Shown: positions 58,530 through 64,000 of the stretch, one piece after another
Layout of the letters: every line of letters begins with the position of its first letter
Position numbering within the stretch: position 1 is the stretch's first letter
From: Obrimoposthia wandeli
Taxonomy: Eukaryota
DNA: 64,000 nucleotides
Direction: 5' to 3'
NCBI GenBank assembly: GCA_977020255.1
Contig: CDROCS010002866.1
Span: 1 to 64,000, forward strand
Notes under the pieces: model-generated
The model's database searches: none
Seen by the model: only the letters and a program-made list of their open reading frames with translations
What the model was told of the DNA's origin: nothing
Program-made: the position numbers and the translations under genes

Positions 58530-58918
58530 TTGTAAATTCCCTTTAACTCTAACAGAATGAGCCTCTCCTGCGATTTGATATGCATCACTTTCATTATTAT
58601 TAAATGCTCGCTACCTCAAAAGCACAGCAATTCCTTCTTAGCCTCTATTTTTACAAACTAACATGCCAATGAAATTCGCAATCACTATATCCTGATCCCT
58701 TACTAATTCGGTTCTTGATGTAATTCACGGATCGCATGAAGATACCAACCCCAGTCAATTAATCGCCTCAGCTAATCAGGCAATGTTGTTTCTCAATCAA
58801 AGGTCAGCAAATCAGGCAGCTCATAATCACTGATTGCTTAGATTCATCTGTGGGTGATTCAAAGCCTGCCATACTGCATTGAGCAACTGGGATGAATTTT
58901 ATAAATAGGTAAAAGCAT
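58530..58918 (-). pseudogene. umuD: UmuD/S24 peptidase pseudogene
   Basis: MAGFESP autocleavage motif, GVGI, DQDIVIANF remnants with several frameshifts. Confidence 0.65.
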
Positions 58919-59095
58919 ATACTGTTTTTTGTAGAACATAATTTATTAAACTTAGTCGTTTAAATTAATAAAGCACTTTTTGTGTTGCTTGAGTTTCTTA
59001 AAAAAAACATGGCCACTACGTTGTCATGACAAAAGTGGTTATATCCGCGCTGAATTCGCACAGTAGAGGAAGTAAAAAGTGGAGGTGAGGAAAAT

Positions 59096-59132
59096 AAAAA
59101 AAGCACAGTCTACTTATTTAATAGACTGTGCT
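59096..59132 (-). terminator. Rho-independent terminator
   Basis: AGCACAGTCTA-N9-TAGACTGTGCT followed by a T-run on the minus strand. Confidence 0.8.
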
Positions 59133-59171
59133 CTGTAATTGTAAAGTATCTATAAAACGTTTAAATCGGCT

Positions 59172-59850
59172 TTATTGAGTGATATTCGATAGTAGCGTTG
59201 GATGAGTAACTAGATTTCTTACACCGTGTGCATGATCTTCTTTAAAAGCATTGCCTTTTAGCCATTTACCAACACTACCAATAGACACTTTTTCAACATT
59301 AGGTCTAACGCTCCAAGTCACTTGAAAAGGAGATCCTTTTTCATTATAACCAGGTCCTGTAGTTGATCCTGCATATTGAACAGGAGTACCTGTGTTACTA
59401 GGGATGTTAACAGCTTGGTATAATCCGTTGACTGTTTTAACTTTTGTTAAAGACACAAAGTTTTTCGCTTTTTTATCGTTAACAGCAACGTAAACCTGGG
59501 TTTCCACACGTAACTGAGGGTTACCAATAGACTCGCTTAAACAAGCGCCTAAAGTTGCGCCAGGCTTTACCTGAGCAGTTGAGTAAACATAGTGAACTTC
59601 AAGTGTATCGCCAGCGTAAATACTACCATGCTTGCTTGCCCCTACTTCTTTGCCATAAGGCGCAAGCTCTGCGTCACTTAAATGACCTGAGTATTTGTAC
59701 CCTGTTTGATAACCGTGACCGTCACCATTTCCAGCGTATGTGGTGAACTCACCGCCTTTATGTTCAGCATTCTTGTGTAAATGAATGTTACATAAGTTCA
59801 TTTGTGCTGACGCAGGAGACAGGGAAAAAGCTCTCTTATTGCTTCCTGTC
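59172..59850 (-). CDS. Delta-class carbonic anhydrase-like protein, 5' end interrupted
   Basis: GSNKRAF...QMNLCNIHLHKNAEHKGGEF, EVHYV, YAGSTTGP...VTWSVRP; reading frame broken at 59850 by an IS remnant. Confidence 0.72.
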
Positions 59851-60170
59851 TATAAAAAATCTCGGCCGCAAGCGACCGAGTTTTTAGAACAGCCCGAGCT
59901 ATATCTCTTGGCTTGAACATTTTTCGTGGGTTTCCACGAAATAACTTTGAGTCCAAATCCTCCCCAGAAGTGATTCTTAGTTTGAACTAATACTTTTAAT
60001 GACTTGCAGTGGTGATTTTTGGATCTCTTCGTACTAGAATATGATCAACTGGTATTTCAAGCTCTATAATTTCTATATCGATCTTCCAATTTTTTGGATA
60101 ATTGCTTGATCTTTTGGCTCAACAAATACTTTATGCTCTTTGGATGGTCCAAACAAAATGATACATTAAT
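59851..60170 (-). mobile_element. tnpA: Decayed IS200/IS605 tnpA (Y1 transposase) with right-end hairpin
   Basis: Fragments YHFVW, HKVFVEP, DIEIIELEIPVDHI, QVIKSI, FWG..WTQSYFVET; hairpin CTCGGCCGCAAGCGACCGAG at 59861-59880. Confidence 0.82.
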
Positions 60171-60613
60171 CTGAGCTTTGAATTTCAGAACTTGCAGAAG
60201 AACTTGCATTTACTAAAATGGCAATAAGAAATGGCGATCTTCAATTACTTGCAGCTGCAGCTTGCAACATAACACGGCAGCTAGTTGTAATTTTTTCATT
60301 ACTAATCCTTATAATGATTATATTCTTTTACTTATCATGCTTCTTTGAAAACGAAACAGAACAATTAGTTTATAACAAATGATAATCATTATATTTAATT
60401 GTTTTGTATTAATGTGATCTGAATCAATATTTTGCAAATTTTAAATTAAAGCAACCCTCTCCTAAATCATATACTTTTACTTAAATGGGACTCAGTAGTA
60501 ACTTAATCAAACAATAAAATGAAGATATTTTAGAAAGCATAATAAAGCTAAAAGCAATATCACCAAATGAGCTCCACGCTATTGCCTACACGATGGAGCT
60601 GAGCTAATACTTA

Positions 60614-61906
60614 CTAGTGTAGCTTCATTTTCGGACGTACTACTTTTGCAATTTTTTCGGCCACAATCAGTAGTATCGCTTTACCCCAACCATGCACTGC
60701 AAATTGATGCATTCGATATAGCGAAATATACATAATGCGCGCAATGTGTCCTTCAATAAACATCGATTTACGAGTTAAGTTTCCCATCAAATTACCTACT
60801 GCACCATAGCGACTAAGACTAACTAACGATCCGTAATCACGATACTGGTAGCTTTTTTGTGCTTTGTGTTCTATCGACGCCATTATATTAGTAAACACTC
60901 TTGCTGCCATTTGGTGTGCCGATTGTGCTCTGGGAGGTACCCAAGATCCATCCACGTTTTGAAACCCACAGCAATCGCCTAAAACATAAATATCATCACT
61001 AACGGTTGATTTTAAATTGGGCTTCACGAGAATCTGATTGAGATGATTTAATTCAAACACCTCGAGTGCTTTAATAAAATCAGGCACTTTAATACCAGCA
61101 GCCCAAATCATTAAATCAGCTTCAATTAATTCGTCTTCACTTGTGATATAGCCCTGAGCACAAGCCTCTTTGACTTTAGTGTTTTCTCGAACAGTCACAC
61201 CTAAGCTTTGTAATTCTTTACGCGCCGCGGTTGATATACGTTCAGAAAGTGCACCTAACACTCTAGGCCCGGCCTCTATTAAGCTGATGCTTAATTTATC
61301 AGTGCTCATATTCGGCATGTTATAAGCTTTAACTAAAGCCGTCACATTGAGTAGTTCAGCCGATAGTTCGACACCTGTTGCCCCCGCTCCTACTATCGCT
61401 ATCTTTAAACAGCTGTCTTGTTCCTCACTTTGATTAATGCGTAAAAATTGATTGAGTAGAGCGGTATGAAATCGTTCCGCTTGTTTTACAGAATCTAAAA
61501 AATGGCAATTTTGCTGCACACCTTTCGTGCCAAAATCATTACTTTGAGAACCTATCGCCATCACTAATAAATCGTAACTTATTTCGCGTTCCGGTAATAT
61601 TTGAATGTTATCTTGTGTGTAGCTCGCGGCTACTTTAATCACTTTTTTAGTGGAGTTTACATCTGTAAAATCACCTAGGCAAAACTGATAGCCATGTTTA
61701 GCCGCGTGTGCGTGATATACCACGCCATCAATGCTCGTATCTAACGTCCCTGTGGCCACTTCATGTAATAATGGCTTCCAGATATGTGTTCGATTGCGGT
61801 CGATTAAAACTATTTCTGCTCGCTTTTTTTTACCTAGCGCTGCCCCAAGTTTTGCGGCAAGCTCTAATCCACCCGCGCCACCTCCTACAATGATAATTTT
61901 ATACAT
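60614..61906 (-). CDS. ndh: Type II NADH:quinone oxidoreductase
   Basis: GGGAGG, WKPLLHEVA, GAGATGVE, PPRAQSAHQ. Confidence 0.93.
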   Translation of the reverse strand: MYKIIIVGGGAGGLELAAKLGAALGKKKRAEIVLIDRNRTHIWKPLLHEVATGTLDTSIDGVVYHAHAAKHGYQFCLGDFTDVNSTKKVIKVAASYTQDNIQILPEREISYDLLVMAIGSQSNDFGTKGVQQNCHFLDSVKQAERFHTALLNQFLRINQSEEQDSCLKIAIVGAGATGVELSAELLNVTALVKAYNMPNMSTDKLSISLIEAGPRVLGALSERISTAARKELQSLGVTVRENTKVKEACAQGYITSEDELIEADLMIWAAGIKVPDFIKALEVFELNHLNQILVKPNLKSTVSDDIYVLGDCCGFQNVDGSWVPPRAQSAHQMAARVFTNIMASIEHKAQKSYQYRDYGSLVSLSRYGAVGNLMGNLTRKSMFIEGHIARIMYISLYRMHQFAVHGWGKAILLIVAEKIAKVVRPKMKLH

Positions 61907-61989
61907 AATTTAAACCTCAATAATATTATAGGATTAATGGCTAACTAGCGCGATTAAAGACCAGCATTCCTATAACAATTGAGCATGTC

Positions 61990-62046
61990 TTGTAACTTGT
62001 AACTTGTAACTTGTAACTTGTAACTTGTAACTTGTAACTTGTAACT
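61990..62046. repeat. 7-bp tandem repeat (TTGTAAC)x8
   Basis: Read directly from sequence. Confidence 0.95.
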
Positions 62047-62108
62047 ATCAGCATTAATCAAACTCGCTAATCACAACCTAAGTTGTGATTTTGCAAAGTT
62101 TAATTAGT

Positions 62109-62843
62109 TCATTCCAACTTGCCAAGATAACGCTGTAAACTGAAACCTACAGTGAGTGAAAGCTTGTCCGCGGCGGTTCTTAAATCAGGCGCAGAGGTAC
62201 CATCTTTTTGTCGACCGGCAAAAATGATCAAGTTACCATCGCCAGATTCACAACTGCGCACATCGGCATATTGTTTGCGTAAATAGCTTAATAACTCAGT
62301 GTGATCGTTTTCTCTACCCCAGCAGTTAAGTACCAACCAGCCATTCACTTTTAACTGCGCTGTACATAAATCAATGTACTCTTTACTCACTTGAACAGCT
62401 TGCATGCCCTCATCTGTGTATAAATCAGTCATTATCAAATCAACTTTTTTATCCACACCGCGCTTTAAATAAGCACTAGCATCTTCGCAATGCAAAGTGA
62501 TTTTTTTACTCGTAGGGAGTCTGAAATACTTTTTAGCGATATCAATAACCGCTTGTCGAATTTCAACCGCTTCAATACGCACCCCTGCAACACTGTGGCG
62601 CATAGCCTGTAACAAACTACCAGCACCTAAACCTAATAATAAAACTCTTTTAGGTTCGCAAAATAGCAATGACATCATCATCGCTTGGGTGTAAGCATGT
62701 TGTAATAGATGCGGTTGTTGAGTTAATTGTATGCTTTGCTCATCCCCCACTCCAAAAGATAGGATACGACAATCCCCTTCTTCCATTACAGCAATGTCGC
62801 CATACTCATCGGTTTGGGTGTATAAATATTTCGGTGTATTCAA
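62109..62843 (-). CDS. Spermidine synthase-like SAM methyltransferase
   Basis: LLLGLGAGS, VEIRQAV, EDA, DLIMTDLY. Confidence 0.8.
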   Translation of the reverse strand: MNTPKYLYTQTDEYGDIAVMEEGDCRILSFGVGDEQSIQLTQQPHLLQHAYTQAMMMSLLFCEPKRVLLLGLGAGSLLQAMRHSVAGVRIEAVEIRQAVIDIAKKYFRLPTSKKITLHCEDASAYLKRGVDKKVDLIMTDLYTDEGMQAVQVSKEYIDLCTAQLKVNGWLVLNCWGRENDHTELLSYLRKQYADVRSCESGDGNLIIFAGRQKDGTSAPDLRTAADKLSLTVGFSLQRYLGKLE

Positions 62844-63051
62844 TTGTTTCTCATTGCGTTAAATGCTGATGTGAACTAATAGCCAATCTGGTTTAGCTAA
62901 AAGAGAGGGAAAGGTAGAGAATATAGCTAACTTTAGTTTTTTTGCAATGATTAGTGATAGCTAAGGAACGTGTGATCAAGCACCTTAGTTATCCACGGAG
63001 AAAGTTTAGGGGCTTAATCGCGTGCTCCCTGACATTTAAGACAGATAAACT

Positions 63052-63156
63052 CATTAGTGTCCGGTTTAATTCTGTTGTTCATTAATTCATTGATTTCACG
63101 TTAATCACAAGTATTATTTGGCTAATAAAACACTATGCCATCAATGAGTAAAGAGC
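63052..63156 (+). mobile_element. MITE copy 3 (right end missing)
   Basis: Starts CATTAGTGTCCGGTTTAAT, ends TCAATGAGTAAAGAGC; perfect 10-bp flanking repeat CAGATAAACT (63042-63051, 63157-63166). Confidence 0.75.
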
Positions 63157-63173
63157 CAGATAAACTACTGAGA

Positions 63174-63899
63174 CTAATCGATTGCCACAATAACCACTAC
63201 TTCAACTAACTCAATCGTTGCACCTGCCGTATCACCGGTTAGGCCATCTAATCTGTTTAACATCATATTGCGCAAGGCAAACACACAAACCACTGCCGCT
63301 AGTACAATGTTAAAAGGAGCGAGTAGCAAGGCACCAACAATACCGAGTATACAGCTACAAAAAACCCGCTGTTTAGGTGCATGCTTAACTAAAATAGCGC
63401 CAATACCGCCTTCTCTGACATAAGGCGTCATCAATAATAGTATAGGCAGTAATGAGCGACTAACTAAAGGTGCTATTAAGAGCATCCAATGTAACTGCAA
63501 TTGAATGATCGCCACAATAGCACTTAATTTCAGTACTAATGTGCACACTAACATCACCACGGCAATTGGTCCGCTACAAGGATCTTTCATGATAGCGAGA
63601 GTGCGTAGCTTATCCCCTTGCCCCCCTATCCAAGCATCACAGCTATCCGCTAAGCCATCAAGATGTAGCGCACCGGTTATTACCACCCATAAAGTTAATA
63701 CGACTGCTGCTGTTAAAAACGCAGGCGCGGCTGATAAAGCAATGGCAACTGCCGCTAGCATCACACCAATCAACAGACCTATAATCGGGTAAAAGATAAG
63801 CGATGCCGCGACTGTTTTATCATCAGGATAGTGCTTAAACTTCACTGGGATTTGCGTTAAAAATTGCAGCGATACTAGTAAGCTTTTAAAGTAATTCAA
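63174..63899 (-). CDS. cobS: Adenosylcobinamide-GDP ribazoletransferase
   Basis: LQFLT.IP, GALHLDGLAD..D, MKDP, GLTGD..GA. Confidence 0.93.
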   Translation of the reverse strand: MNYFKSLLVSLQFLTQIPVKFKHYPDDKTVAASLIFYPIIGLLIGVMLAAVAIALSAAPAFLTAAVVLTLWVVITGALHLDGLADSCDAWIGGQGDKLRTLAIMKDPCSGPIAVVMLVCTLVLKLSAIVAIIQLQLHWMLLIAPLVSRSLLPILLLMTPYVREGGIGAILVKHAPKQRVFCSCILGIVGALLLAPFNIVLAAVVCVFALRNMMLNRLDGLTGDTAGATIELVEVVVIVAID

Positions 63900-64000
63900 A
63901 ATTTTATACTCAATAACTGACCATGCTCTACCGGAAAATTCAGCATTGAAGAAATCGGCAATTGTTGTTCTTGACTCAATAAATAGCGCATCACGCCACC
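63896..64000 (-). CDS. 3' end of a histidine phosphatase (CobC-like)
   Basis: GGVMRYLL...; stop overlaps the cobS start; cob operon context. Confidence 0.5.
   Translation of the reverse strand, partial: GGVMRYLLSQEQQLPISSMLNFPVEHGQLLSIKF

Noticed and set aside
3729-63792. Many short opposite-strand or nested ORFs in the track (e.g. 3729, 4576, 7504, 13827, 16549, 23471, 26336, 32805, 41923, 56991, 63505)
   Set aside because: They are antisense shadows of well-supported genes, with no motifs or RBS.

Overview
AT-rich window from what looks like a marine gammaproteobacterium (Alteromonadales-like; inferred from gene content and attC style, not from a search). Bases 1-25.6 kb are a decaying chromosomal integron. 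About 30 mostly minus-strand cassettes (GNATs, three GSTs, HAD, DinB, PhzF, MazG-like, agmatine deiminase, TraR/DksA-like and others) are separated by about 27 attC-like imperfect palindromes. An attI site lies at ~24.85 kb, followed by a divergent intI inactivated by a nonsense codon, a frameshift and a 3' truncation. To the right are efp-like yeiP and a 12-kb MocR-regulated catabolic locus for an unknown amine (PotABCD-like ABC transporter, enolase-superfamily enzyme, aldehyde dehydrogenase, FAD oxidoreductase, GMC oxidoreductase). These are followed by ychJ, a copper-ATPase/cytochrome c/MerR module, sbcDC and a MaoC dehydratase. A low-GC islet at 51.3-54.7 kb carries a duplicated promoter-sRNA-terminator module, a K+-channel-like gene and a DUF2971-like gene. 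The right end has several pseudogenes (dienelactone hydrolase, umuD, IS200 tnpA inside a delta-class carbonic anhydrase), a GGDEF-EAL protein, ndh, a spermidine-synthase-like gene and cobS. Hidden structure includes three copies of a ~150-170 bp MITE with target-site duplications, two structured non-coding inserts associated with the integron, and several 7-8 bp tandem arrays. All family calls come from motif recognition by eye; no database searches were run.
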